A DNA stretch of 64,000 nt. Origin: an uncultured Gammaproteobacteria bacterium (GTDB taxonomy: Bacteria > Patescibacteriota > Microgenomatia > UBA8517). Made by a program: the position numbers and the translations under genes. Numbering within the stretch: the stretch's first letter is position 1; each line of letters opens with the position of its first letter. The stretch covers positions 14,751 through 78,750 of the forward strand of contig CAYMZX010000001.1 of the NCBI GenBank assembly GCA_964395115.1, in the 5' to 3' direction. The notes under the pieces were generated by a model. It was not told the origin of the DNA. It saw only the letters and a list, made by a program, of their open reading frames with translations, and ran no database searches. This document shows positions 29,421 through 38,439 of the stretch, piece by piece.

Positions 29421-29871
29421 CTAATCTTATGCGAAAAACTCTTCCGACGCGAACATTTTCTCCGGTCTTGGCTATGATTTCTTTAACCAAGTCCCCAACC
29501 TTTTTGGTCGGATCTTTGATAAATTCCTGTTCTAAAAGCTCCTCGGAATTTTTTGCTCCCGAAGAAGCAGCTTGGAGCGCCAAATTATGGGCTAACTCAC
29601 GAAAAAGTTCGTTCCTAGCGACAAAATCAGTCTCGCAAAAAAGTTCAACTAGGCTGGCAACTTTACCGGAGTGGTGAACATAGGTCTCGATCAGCCCCTG
29701 AGTAGTTTCTCTATTTTTTCTTTTCTCAGCTTTTTCAAAACCTTCTTTCTGTAAAATCTCGAAGGCTTTTTTTTCATTCCCAGCAACCTCTTCTAGAACT
29801 TTCTTGACCCTGATGACTGGAGCCCCTGTTCGTTCTCTTAACTTTCTAATGAGATCAATGGAAATTTTCAT
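29404..29871 (-). CDS. tsf: translation elongation factor Ts (short form)
   Basis: N-terminal UBA-like IRKLRERTGAPVIRVKKVLEE, core TDFVARNELF. Confidence 0.85.
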   Translation of the reverse strand: MKISIDLIRKLRERTGAPVIRVKKVLEEVAGNEKKAFEILQKEGFEKAEKRKNRETTQGLIETYVHHSGKVASLVELFCETDFVARNELFRELAHNLALQAASSGAKNSEELLEQEFIKDPTKKVGDLVKEIIAKTGENVRVGRVFRIRLGENGK

Positions 29872-30587
29872 TCTTTTCCCTTCTTTTTTTGTCTACTTTT
29901 TAATTTTTTCTTTCCTTCCAAAATCGCCTCTTTGATTAATCCTAGCACATATTCAATAGCTTTGGCGGCATCATCATTCATGGGGATTGGGTAATCAACT
30001 AAAGTAGGATCGGCGTTCGAATCGACAATGCCGACAATTTCTATATTGGCTTTCCTCGCTTCTTTTACCGCCCCCAGTTCTTTATGGGTATCAATGATAA
30101 TTAAAATGTCGGGGAGTTTTTCTAATGAAACGATTCCGCCAAAAAACCTATCCAAATGGTCAATTTCCTTTTCCAACAATAACCTTTCTTTTTTTGTGTA
30201 TTTGTCATACTCGCCAGCTGCCATTTTAGCTTTCATCTCTGTAATTTTTTTCAAGGATTTTTTAATTTGATCAAAATTTGTCAAAGTGCCTCCTAGCCAT
30301 CTTTCAGAAACGTACGGAGTATTTGTCTCTCTCCCTATTTCCATAATTTTTTCCTTTGCTTGTTTTTTAGTCCCCACAAGAAGAAGGACCTTACCTTCCA
30401 GGACTGCCTTGGTAATCACCTCCAGTGCCTCCTCTAAGGCCTCCTTAGTCTTCACTAAATCAAAAATATGGATGCCTTCCTGTACGCCATAAATATAAGG
30501 GGCCATTTTAGGGTTCCAACGTTTCGCCTGATGCCCAAAATGAGCACCTCTCTCGAATAGTTCTTTAAGTGAAATCTGAATCGGCAT
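29868..30587 (-). CDS. rpsB: 30S ribosomal protein S2
   Basis: LFERGAHFGHQAKRWNPKMAPYIYG... canonical S2 N-terminus. Confidence 0.9.
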   Translation of the reverse strand: MPIQISLKELFERGAHFGHQAKRWNPKMAPYIYGVQEGIHIFDLVKTKEALEEALEVITKAVLEGKVLLLVGTKKQAKEKIMEIGRETNTPYVSERWLGGTLTNFDQIKKSLKKITEMKAKMAAGEYDKYTKKERLLLEKEIDHLDRFFGGIVSLEKLPDILIIIDTHKELGAVKEARKANIEIVGIVDSNADPTLVDYPIPMNDDAAKAIEYVLGLIKEAILEGKKKLKSRQKKKGKE

Positions 30588-30673
30588 TTATATCGTGCTC
30601 CCTTAGGCCGCGACTAGTCGGAGGATCCAGGGAGCGGTGACTAGTCTGTGTCTGAAATCGTATTCTATCAAAA

Positions 30674-31183
30674 CTAGGAAATGGCCGCAAGGGCCCTCAA
30701 ATTTATCTTTACATTTTCCAAGGCCGCTGCTCGAGATGCTTTGGCTAGGTAGAATGCACTTTTAGTGTCGGAAATTGCATTTTTGTTTCCGATTACAATC
30801 ACCCTCTTTGCCAAAGATATTATTTCTTCGCCTAATTTAGCAACCTTTGCCGGAACATCGGCGGCATTCTTCAACGCTGTTCTAATTTTTTTTCTGTCCT
30901 TTTCTCTATAAGCCAACATTACCCGACTAAAAGCATTTACATCTTCATCTGTCAATTTGAGAAGTTCCTTTTTGATTTTCGTTGCCTTAACTTTTATTCG
31001 CTTTATTTCTAATTGTTCAGCATTGTACCCCGCCTTTCCAATTGTTAGGTTGCAAACCATCTCTATTAAGGCGGCGGCAATCGCCCCCGACAAACCAGCG
31101 GCTGCTCCTCCCCCAGGAATTGGAGATTTACTCGCTAAATCTTCAAGGAACTTTTCGATTTTTAGATTTTTTATCTTACTCAT
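30674..31183 (-). CDS. formimidoyltetrahydrofolate cyclodeaminase / methenyl-THF cyclohydrolase-like protein (FTCD C-terminal domain)
   Basis: 169 aa all-helical; PIPGGGAAAGLSGAIAAALIEMV motif typical of the cyclodeaminase domain. Confidence 0.65.
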   Translation of the reverse strand: MSKIKNLKIEKFLEDLASKSPIPGGGAAAGLSGAIAAALIEMVCNLTIGKAGYNAEQLEIKRIKVKATKIKKELLKLTDEDVNAFSRVMLAYREKDRKKIRTALKNAADVPAKVAKLGEEIISLAKRVIVIGNKNAISDTKSAFYLAKASRAAALENVKINLRALAAIS

Positions 31184-32069
31184 ATAATCTCTTTTCCAAT
31201 ACCTGGTCCGACTTAAAATCTTTGATTTTAAAGGTGGTTTTTACGGCTCTGACTAGTGCTTCCAAAGGAATCATTCCGTAAATCTCCGAGCTCTTTATGC
31301 CGACTCTAAATTTTTGGGCTTCTTTCTGAATCACCCGATATGCTTCATCAAAATTTGTTTTTTCGAAATCCACCAAATTCATCGATACTTGAGCAAAACC
31401 TCCTACTTTAAATCCTAAAGCCTTAACGCTTGGCAATCCTCCTCCTTTTTCCCTTATTCGCGCCGCTATTTTCTTGGCTATATCAATGTTTTTGGTATCA
31501 AGATTGACATTGAACGCTACCAAGTATTTCCTAGCTCCGATTACTATTGCTCCAGCTGTTGGATGCATTTTTGAAGGACCGTAATCTGGTCTCCTATCAG
31601 GATTTGTTTCTATTTCTTTTGACAATCCTTCATATTCGCCTTTTCTAATATCGGCAAGGTTTACCCTGTCCTTTCTTTTAGCAGCCGCCTCATAAAGATA
31701 GACTGGAATTTCTAATTCTCTGGCCACCTGTTTAGCTAGTTTATTCGATAAAACTACGCATTCGGAAAGGGTCACTCCGGCAATCGGAACGAACGGGACA
31801 ACATCCGTCGCCCCTATTCTTGGGTGTTCTCCTTTGTGCTTCCTCATGTCGATAAGCTTGGTAGCTCTCTTTATCATTTCGAAAGCAGCAGCCATCACCT
31901 TGTTTGGAGCTCCAACGATAGTTACAAGTGAGCGGTTATGCGATTTATCCCACTCGATATCCAGAATTTTAACTCCCTTAATTTTCTTGGCGGAGTTGGC
32001 AATCTTTTTGATTTTTGAAAGATTTTTACCCTCCGAAAAATTTGGTACACACTCAACCAGTTTTTGCAT
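31176..32069 (-). CDS. glutamate formimidoyltransferase (FTCD N-terminal domain)
   Basis: MQKLVECVPNFSEGKN... at the N-terminus is the formiminotransferase signature. ~300 aa, two subdomains. Confidence 0.7.
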   Translation of the reverse strand: MQKLVECVPNFSEGKNLSKIKKIANSAKKIKGVKILDIEWDKSHNRSLVTIVGAPNKVMAAAFEMIKRATKLIDMRKHKGEHPRIGATDVVPFVPIAGVTLSECVVLSNKLAKQVARELEIPVYLYEAAAKRKDRVNLADIRKGEYEGLSKEIETNPDRRPDYGPSKMHPTAGAIVIGARKYLVAFNVNLDTKNIDIAKKIAARIREKGGGLPSVKALGFKVGGFAQVSMNLVDFEKTNFDEAYRVIQKEAQKFRVGIKSSEIYGMIPLEALVRAVKTTFKIKDFKSDQVLEKRLYE

Positions 32070-32095
32070 ATTGTGGATATTATATCTAATCTAAA

Positions 32096-32455
32096 GTCTC
32101 GATGCTAGAACTTAATCTCTCTATAAACCCATTGGCGATTAGTCTTTCCTGAATAATCCTTTTTGTTTCAGCTAAGACTTCCTCGTAGGGACAATTGGCA
32201 TTAATTATTTCCCAACGACCATTATCATTAGCTCGAGCAAGAGTGAGGTAGGCCACCTCACCTCCCGATGAAATTTTTTAGCTTCTCTATCAAGTCGGTC
32301 TAAGTTTCCTGCCTTACTTCTTCTTCTTAAACCGACTTCAGGGGGCAAGTCAAAAAGTAGAGTTAAATCCGGGATAAGGTCTTGGGTTGACCAATCATTT
32401 TTTCCCCTCCGCCCTCGGGTCCTTCTAAGGTAATTAGATATTCTGGATATTTCAT
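32096..32455 (-). pseudogene. tmk: thymidylate kinase remnant (two frameshifts plus ~95-aa internal deletion)
   Basis: Minus-strand frames give MKYPEYLITLEGPEGGG (P-loop start), then after a shift DLTLLFDLPPEVGLRRRSKAGNLDRLDREAKKFHREVR, then after another shift YLTLARANDNGRWEIINANCPYEEVLAETKRIIQERL. The DRY and LID regions are absent. Start overlaps the upstream stop as ATGA. Confidence 0.75.
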
Positions 32456-33237
32456 CTTAAATACCCTCGCGGCCTGTAGTTTTGTATTTCTGATGGAACA
32501 ATCAAATAATCAGGAATTCTCCTTTCTTCGCCCTTGAAAAGGGCATATCGGACCTGGTTCATAAACTCCTCATATAAAAGTGCTTTGCCTGTTTTTTCGC
32601 TCCCAATCCTAACAAAGTTAAATCCGTCTCCTTTTATTGTTATAATCCTTACATGGTCGGAGTGTTGTCTAACCCAATCTTCGTGCAGACCAATAAGCTT
32701 CGTCCAAAATTCTACCTTTTCTTCTAATTCTACTTTTCGACCCGGGTCTTTAGCAGCCCGCTGATTAAGTCTTATTATCATTTCAGTTAAAGACAGCTGG
32801 AGATAAACAACCAAATCAGGAACGGGTAGTTTTCTCGTAAGACCGTCATAATATCTTTCGTATTTTTCCATTAAAGCATTGTTCTTACCCAACCGAAGAA
32901 GAGCATAAAATCTGTGCTGCCAAGGAGGGGGTTCAGAAACAACCGGTCCGTTTTCTAAAAGGTTCGGTAATTGAATAAGTTTTCTATAAGAGTCGTCAAA
33001 AAAAAGAGTTTGGACAGCATAAGAATGATGGTCGGGATCTCGGTAATAATCCTCAAACTTACCAAGCTCATCAGGAGAAAGTTCCCTAAGATGGGTAAAC
33101 CCAAGTCTCTCGCTAATAATTTCTCCTAAGATAGATTTCCCTGAAGTGGGAACTCCCATAATGGTAATCCAAAGATGGCGTTTTTCTCGCTCTGGCGACA
33201 TTAAACTTTCCCCGTTTACTAAATCTTCTTTGCTCAT
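32452..33237 (-). CDS. P-loop kinase of the deoxynucleoside kinase (dNK/dCK/dGK) family
   Basis: P-loop ITIMGVPTSGKS, and DP-x-x-H-S-Y-A-x-Q-T-L-F resembling the dNK substrate-binding segment (…DPKKWAMPFQSY…). Confidence 0.5.
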   Translation of the reverse strand: MSKEDLVNGESLMSPEREKRHLWITIMGVPTSGKSILGEIISERLGFTHLRELSPDELGKFEDYYRDPDHHSYAVQTLFFDDSYRKLIQLPNLLENGPVVSEPPPWQHRFYALLRLGKNNALMEKYERYYDGLTRKLPVPDLVVYLQLSLTEMIIRLNQRAAKDPGRKVELEEKVEFWTKLIGLHEDWVRQHSDHVRIITIKGDGFNFVRIGSEKTGKALLYEEFMNQVRYALFKGEERRIPDYLIVPSEIQNYRPRGYLR

Positions 33238-33239
33238 TT

Positions 33240-34157
33240 TCAGACTTTCGGATATGGCGTTTTTAGTGTATGCGTCCCATCCGGCATATGTACTGGCTCA
33301 AAGTCGCCAAATAGAATAGGTGATACCGTCACCAAACATCTCCAAATATTAAACGCCACTTTTCTTATCATTAGGGCCGAATGTTCGCTGGCACGCATAT
33401 TAATAATATGCCTCCAAGCCCGGGCGTTGCCGGAAACAATTATTGGCGCTTCCGTCTCGTTAGGAAGACAATCCCGAGCTTCCTGTTGAATTTTCTTTCG
33501 CAGATCCACTTTTGATCCGCCCGCCAGCAATGATAGGCCTTCTTTCTGAAGTTCCAGAAGCCTCTGGGCTCTTTTTTTATATTCTCCGGCCACCAAATCG
33601 ATCCAGTTTTCAAACATTCGATGTAAGATTTCGTCATTTTGATATACTTCCCCTTCAACAAACCTTAACGTTTCCCCGGAAACATAGCGCTGGCTCACCT
33701 GGGAATAAGCCATACCTGCCCGATGGCGTACCAATTCATGGGTAAAAGCCCGGTTTACCCCATAAATCAAAAAGGTAAAGTTAGCATGTTCTAAAATTGA
33801 ACCATGACCGGAATTTTTAGCATTTTCAAAATATTTAATAGCCTGGTCATTTAGGGTTCTATTAGGTCCAAAACTCAAATAACAAAGTTGACCGGCGGCT
33901 TTGCAAAGAGTTTCCGCGGAAGGAAGAGGGGTCGTGTCTTCGAGATAATTAATAAATTTAAAATCTTCGGGAAAGCTTTTTAGAAACCCTGCCATTCCCC
34001 TAAGATCAACCCAGGGAACAGAAAGAAGAGCTAATCCAGCTCGCTTAAAATAAGGAGTTTTCTTTTCTGTATAAAAGACTTCGGAGTCTATCACCGGCAA
34101 ATACCCTTCTTTGGTTTCTATGGTGTATCCGCCTAACTTTAAATCTCTCTCTACCAT
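33240..34157 (-). CDS. thyX: flavin-dependent thymidylate synthase ThyX (with ~70-aa N-terminal extension)
   Basis: ThyX signature RHRAGMAYSQVSQRY (RHR-x7-8-S) plus HGSILEH and ARDCLP motifs. Confidence 0.85.
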   Translation of the reverse strand: MVERDLKLGGYTIETKEGYLPVIDSEVFYTEKKTPYFKRAGLALLSVPWVDLRGMAGFLKSFPEDFKFINYLEDTTPLPSAETLCKAAGQLCYLSFGPNRTLNDQAIKYFENAKNSGHGSILEHANFTFLIYGVNRAFTHELVRHRAGMAYSQVSQRYVSGETLRFVEGEVYQNDEILHRMFENWIDLVAGEYKKRAQRLLELQKEGLSLLAGGSKVDLRKKIQQEARDCLPNETEAPIIVSGNARAWRHIINMRASEHSALMIRKVAFNIWRCLVTVSPILFGDFEPVHMPDGTHTLKTPYPKV

Positions 34158-34220
34158 TTCATTCAGGATGAATTATTTTGTGGTTTTAACAAGTAGGGAA
34201 ACCTAAGTCAATATGTAAAG

Positions 34221-36272
34221 TTACCCAACCCGATTTCTGATATTATTTTCGGTTTCTCCCCGCTTAGGATTCTTCCAGCTGGCCCATTTACAAGCGGGAA
34301 AGCGTGAACAGCCAAAAAATTTTTTGCCCTTCAGGGTCTTCTTTACAATCACCTCACCTTTATTACAGTTCGGGCATTTCAGCCCAATTTTTTCAAGAAA
34401 TTTTTCCGAATAATCGCATTTCGGGAAAAGTGAGCAAGAAACAAATTTTCCAAACTTTCCTATCCTTACAACTAATTCTCCTTTTCTGCATTTTGGGCAT
34501 TTTTGACCGAGTTTTTCAACTTCTATTTTTATTCTTTCCGAATGTTTTCCTACCATTTCCAACTTTTTTGAGAAAGGGTGCCAAAATTTTTTTATAGTTA
34601 CTACCCACCGTATTTGTCCGTTTGCTATTTTATCCAGATCATCCTCCATTTCTGCAGTAAAGCGATAGTCGAAAATGTCGGGAAAGTTTTCTACCAAAAA
34701 ATCATTTACTGCCACGCCAACTGGTGTCGGAACGAATTTACCGTCTTCTTTTTCGACATAGTTTCTGACTTGAATAGTTGAAATTATCGGCGCGTAAGTA
34801 GAAGGTCTACCAATCCCCAATTTTTCTAAAGTTTTGATAAGCGAGGCCTCATTATATCTTGGCGGAAATTCTGTAAATTTTTGCGACGAATCTATTTTTA
34901 CAAGCTTTAGGGCTTCGCCAACTGAAACTTGCGGTAGGTGGTTAGCTTTTTCTTCATTTTTTTTGTGGGGAATAACTTTTCGCCAACCATCAAATTTAAT
35001 TACCTGTCCTTTCGCCTTAAGCAGATATTCTTGAGAGCTTTTTGCCAGAACATTAATAACGGTTTCGTCATAAAGACTGGAAACCATTTGACTAGCTACC
35101 AATCTTCTCCAAATGAGGCCATAGAGAACTTGGGCATCACGGCCATATTTCTTGCTTTTTATTTTGTCGGACATCAGAGACAGTTTGGTCGGCCTGATTG
35201 CCTCGTGAGCCTCTTGAGCGACTTTAGATGTTGCCTTATAAAGTCGGGGTCTTTGGGACAAATAATCTTGGCCGTATAAATCTTTTATCAGTTTTCTGGC
35301 TTTTATCAAAGCGGTTTTGGAAATTGCCATGGAGTCAGTTCGGTGATAGGTAATAAGTCCTTTTTCGTATAGCCTTTGGGCAATAGCCATGGTCTTTTTG
35401 GCAGACCAGCCAAAAATCCTGGCCGCCGCCTGAGTCATGGTTGATGTGGTAAAGGGAGGGTACGGATTTTTTCTTATTTCCTTCTGGCTGATATCTAGAA
35501 TTGAGTATTCGGCTTTTTTTAGTTGTTCGGTAATCTTTTTTGCTTCTTCAGAATTTCTTACTTCAATCTTCTTGGTTTTAGTACCAATGAACCTCACAAT
35601 AAAGTTTTTATCTTTCCTATTTTTGGGTTTTACTTCACAAGTTATTTCCCAAAATTCTTCGGGTTTAAATTTTTCAATTTCTCTCTCTTTTTCAACAATA
35701 AGTCTGACTGCCACCGATTGGACCCTTCCTGCCGAAAGACCCCGTCTAATCTTTCTCCAAAGAAGGGGGGATAGTTTGTACCCCACTAATCTGTCCAAAA
35801 CTCTTCTCGCCATTTGGGCCTCAATCAGGTTTTTATCGAGATTCCTTGGTTTTGTAATCGCTTCTTCCACCGAATCTTTAGTAATCTCATGGAAGACAAT
35901 ACGCTGTAAAGTTAAGAACCGGGGAACTGAAGAATCTAGAAGGTTTTCTTTTGTTTCTTGTCTCCTGGGTTCTTTAGTCTCGCTAAGTATCTCTGCAACA
36001 TGCGAGGCAATTGCTTCTCCTTCCCGGTCCGGATCGGTGGCCAAATAAATCTTGTCGGCTTTTTGTGCCAACTTTTTAATTCTTTCGACAGACGCTTGAG
36101 CTTTAGCCACAGGTAAATATTTCGGTTTGAAATTATTCTGTATATCGATTCCTAATTCGCTTTTGGGGAGGTCCATAACATGACCCAGTGTCGCTTCTAC
36201 CGAATAGTCGTTACCTAAAAATTTTGATATGGTCCGAGCCTTAGTTGGAGACTCAACAATGATAAGATGCAT
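34221..36272 (-). CDS. topA: DNA topoisomerase I with C-terminal zinc ribbons
   Basis: Toprim N-terminus (LIIVESPTKARTISKFLG), catalytic Tyr region, three C4 zinc-ribbon repeats (CPKCRKGELV..., CPNCNKGEVIV..., GCSRFPACK). Confidence 0.9.
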   Translation of the reverse strand: MHLIIVESPTKARTISKFLGNDYSVEATLGHVMDLPKSELGIDIQNNFKPKYLPVAKAQASVERIKKLAQKADKIYLATDPDREGEAIASHVAEILSETKEPRRQETKENLLDSSVPRFLTLQRIVFHEITKDSVEEAITKPRNLDKNLIEAQMARRVLDRLVGYKLSPLLWRKIRRGLSAGRVQSVAVRLIVEKEREIEKFKPEEFWEITCEVKPKNRKDKNFIVRFIGTKTKKIEVRNSEEAKKITEQLKKAEYSILDISQKEIRKNPYPPFTTSTMTQAAARIFGWSAKKTMAIAQRLYEKGLITYHRTDSMAISKTALIKARKLIKDLYGQDYLSQRPRLYKATSKVAQEAHEAIRPTKLSLMSDKIKSKKYGRDAQVLYGLIWRRLVASQMVSSLYDETVINVLAKSSQEYLLKAKGQVIKFDGWRKVIPHKKNEEKANHLPQVSVGEALKLVKIDSSQKFTEFPPRYNEASLIKTLEKLGIGRPSTYAPIISTIQVRNYVEKEDGKFVPTPVGVAVNDFLVENFPDIFDYRFTAEMEDDLDKIANGQIRWVVTIKKFWHPFSKKLEMVGKHSERIKIEVEKLGQKCPKCRKGELVVRIGKFGKFVSCSLFPKCDYSEKFLEKIGLKCPNCNKGEVIVKKTLKGKKFFGCSRFPACKWASWKNPKRGETENNIRNRVG

Positions 36273-36825
36273 TGAAATACTCTATTATGTCGATGGGGTC
36301 TCTTGCAACATTGGCTCCCTGTTCTATCAACCAATCAGTTGCTTCAGAGCCTGGAATGGCGAAAACTTCTTTTCCGCCATTTGCTGCCCAAGAAGCTGTT
36401 GACAAAGTTCCGCTACGCCTTTTGCCTTCGACAACCAGAACCCCCTTTGCCAGAGCAACAATTGTCCTGTTTCTGACCAGAAAATTCTTAGCTAAAGGTT
36501 TTGTTCCTTTGGGGAAAATCGTAACGACGGCTCCTCTTTTAGCAATCTCCGCAGCCAGACCTTTGTTTTCCATAGGATAAATAATATCAAGACCAGATCC
36601 TAAAACAGCTATTGTTCTTCCTCCTAAAGAAAGTGCTGTCTGGTGCGCCACAGTATCCACCCCTTTCGCCAATCCTGAAACAATTGTATATCCTGCTTTT
36701 ACAAGCTCTGTAACAAATTTCTTTGTGAGTTTTTCCCCCCGCTTTGTCATTTTTCTTGCCCCAACTACCGCGATCGCCTTAGAATCGGACTTCAAAATTT
36801 TTCCTAAAATATAAAGTTTTTTCAT
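36253..36825 (-). CDS. dprA: DNA-processing protein DprA (Rossmann-fold core only)
   Basis: GARKMTKRGE...GLAKGVDTVAH...GSGLD...P.EN motifs of the DprA/Smf Rossmann domain. Conserved dprA-topA adjacency. Confidence 0.75.
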   Translation of the reverse strand: MKKLYILGKILKSDSKAIAVVGARKMTKRGEKLTKKFVTELVKAGYTIVSGLAKGVDTVAHQTALSLGGRTIAVLGSGLDIIYPMENKGLAAEIAKRGAVVTIFPKGTKPLAKNFLVRNRTIVALAKGVLVVEGKRRSGTLSTASWAANGGKEVFAIPGSEATDWLIEQGANVARDPIDIIEYFNASYHC

Positions 36826-38432
36826 CGCTTAAACCAATAATCAAAAATTTCTCTAGCGATGGGACCAGCAACTTTTGAGCCCTCTCCTCCTCCTTCTACT
36901 AAAACAGTGGCCACTATTTCAGGGAAATCCGCTGGCCCAAAAACCACGAACCAGGCGTGGGTTTTCCCATCTTCATTCGTTTCAGCAGTTCCGGTTTTAC
37001 AGGCAACTCGAGGAGTAAAATCAAAAAATGTAAACCCCGTTCCCCCCGGTGAACACGCCCCTATCATTCCTTCTTTTATTAATTCCAAATAATCTTTTTT
37101 TATTTTTAAATCTATGCACCTTCCTTCTTCGTAAGCAATTTTAGGGCGGCAAAGATTACCTCCAAAAGCGATAGCCGAAATGGCCCGATTTATTTCAATC
37201 GGCGTAACTGCTAAATCCCCTTGGCCAATAGAAACATGATAGGTATTGCCCAAAAACCACGGCTCTTTTTTTACTTTTTCTTTCCACTCAGGCGTAGGAA
37301 CAAGACCAGAAATCTCCCCCGGGATATCAATCCCAGTTTTTTCATTTAAACCAAACCTGTTTGCCCACTCTACAATCTTCCCGATTCCAAGATATTCGCC
37401 TATTTTATAAAAAAAGGTATCTGTTGAACGAGCTATGGCTTTAATAATATTTATTTTGCCCTCCGTCTTTCCGTACTGAAGGTAATACCAATTCCCATAC
37501 GAGAAACGATCCCCTATAGTAATCACCCCGGGGTCATCGAAAACGAAATTTTTGTCTATCTTTTCCTCCGCCAAGACGGCGATGGCGACAATAGGCTTAA
37601 ATACGCTTCCGGGATGAAAAAGTCCGCCGATTGCCCTGTTGAAAAGAGGAAGGTTGACATCGGTTAAGGTTTCTGAAATTTTAACTGAGTCTTTCCTTTC
37701 AGAAAAAATCGCCGGATCGAATGACGGAGAGGAGTAAAGAGCCATTACCTTTCCATTGGGCTCCGTTACAATCACCGCTCCCTTTTTTCCATCAAGAGCA
37801 TCGACTACTTTATTTTGAAGACCAATATGAATAAATGTTTTTATATCACTGCCAGGAATGGGTTCCCTTCTTCCCAAAGTGCGGATTCTTTTACCCCTAG
37901 TATCAACCTCGACTAATTCCTCACCATCAACTCCTGCTAATTGACAATCATATTCTTCTTCTAATCCAGCCCGACCAACCAGACTTCCGGCTTGGCGCGG
38001 GCCTCTTTCCGGACAGGCGGGATTAATTTTACCCACCTCTTGTTGATTGACTTCCCCTAGATAACCGCTAATGTGGGCAAATTTCTCTCCTAAGGGATAG
38101 TCTCTTTCGTATTCGGTAACGATATCGTCCTCGCTGGCTCCTTCCAAATCATCGGTTTTTTCGTATCCTCCTTCCGGAGTAAAAACAATTCTTTTTTTTA
38201 CTTCCCTATTTCCCACCAATACTTCTCCCCCTCTGGCTAAAATTTTTCCCCTGGGCGCCTCGATGGGGATCCTTCGGATCCTATTTCCTTCAGCCAAAGC
38301 CCTAAAATAACCTCCCTTGATAACCATCAGTTCGATTAGTCGGGCAAAAAGAATAAGAAATCCCAAAATCAGGATTCCCCTGAAAAACCAAAAAAGCCAA
38401 CTTTGGGTTTTAATTCCGGCCAAGGTTTCCAT
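36822..38432 (-). CDS. penicillin-binding protein 2 (class B transpeptidase)
   Basis: N-terminal transmembrane anchor, dimerisation domain, transpeptidase SxxK (SVFKP), SxN and KTGT (KTGTAE) motifs. Confidence 0.85.
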   Translation of the reverse strand: METLAGIKTQSWLFWFFRGILILGFLILFARLIELMVIKGGYFRALAEGNRIRRIPIEAPRGKILARGGEVLVGNREVKKRIVFTPEGGYEKTDDLEGASEDDIVTEYERDYPLGEKFAHISGYLGEVNQQEVGKINPACPERGPRQAGSLVGRAGLEEEYDCQLAGVDGEELVEVDTRGKRIRTLGRREPIPGSDIKTFIHIGLQNKVVDALDGKKGAVIVTEPNGKVMALYSSPSFDPAIFSERKDSVKISETLTDVNLPLFNRAIGGLFHPGSVFKPIVAIAVLAEEKIDKNFVFDDPGVITIGDRFSYGNWYYLQYGKTEGKINIIKAIARSTDTFFYKIGEYLGIGKIVEWANRFGLNEKTGIDIPGEISGLVPTPEWKEKVKKEPWFLGNTYHVSIGQGDLAVTPIEINRAISAIAFGGNLCRPKIAYEEGRCIDLKIKKDYLELIKEGMIGACSPGGTGFTFFDFTPRVACKTGTAETNEDGKTHAWFVVFGPADFPEIVATVLVEGGGEGSKVAGPIAREIFDYWFKR

Positions 38433-38439
38433 TATATCT

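Noticed and set aside
35437-36048. 203-aa + strand ORF
   Set aside because: Antisense to topA. Phe/Ser-rich low-complexity translation.
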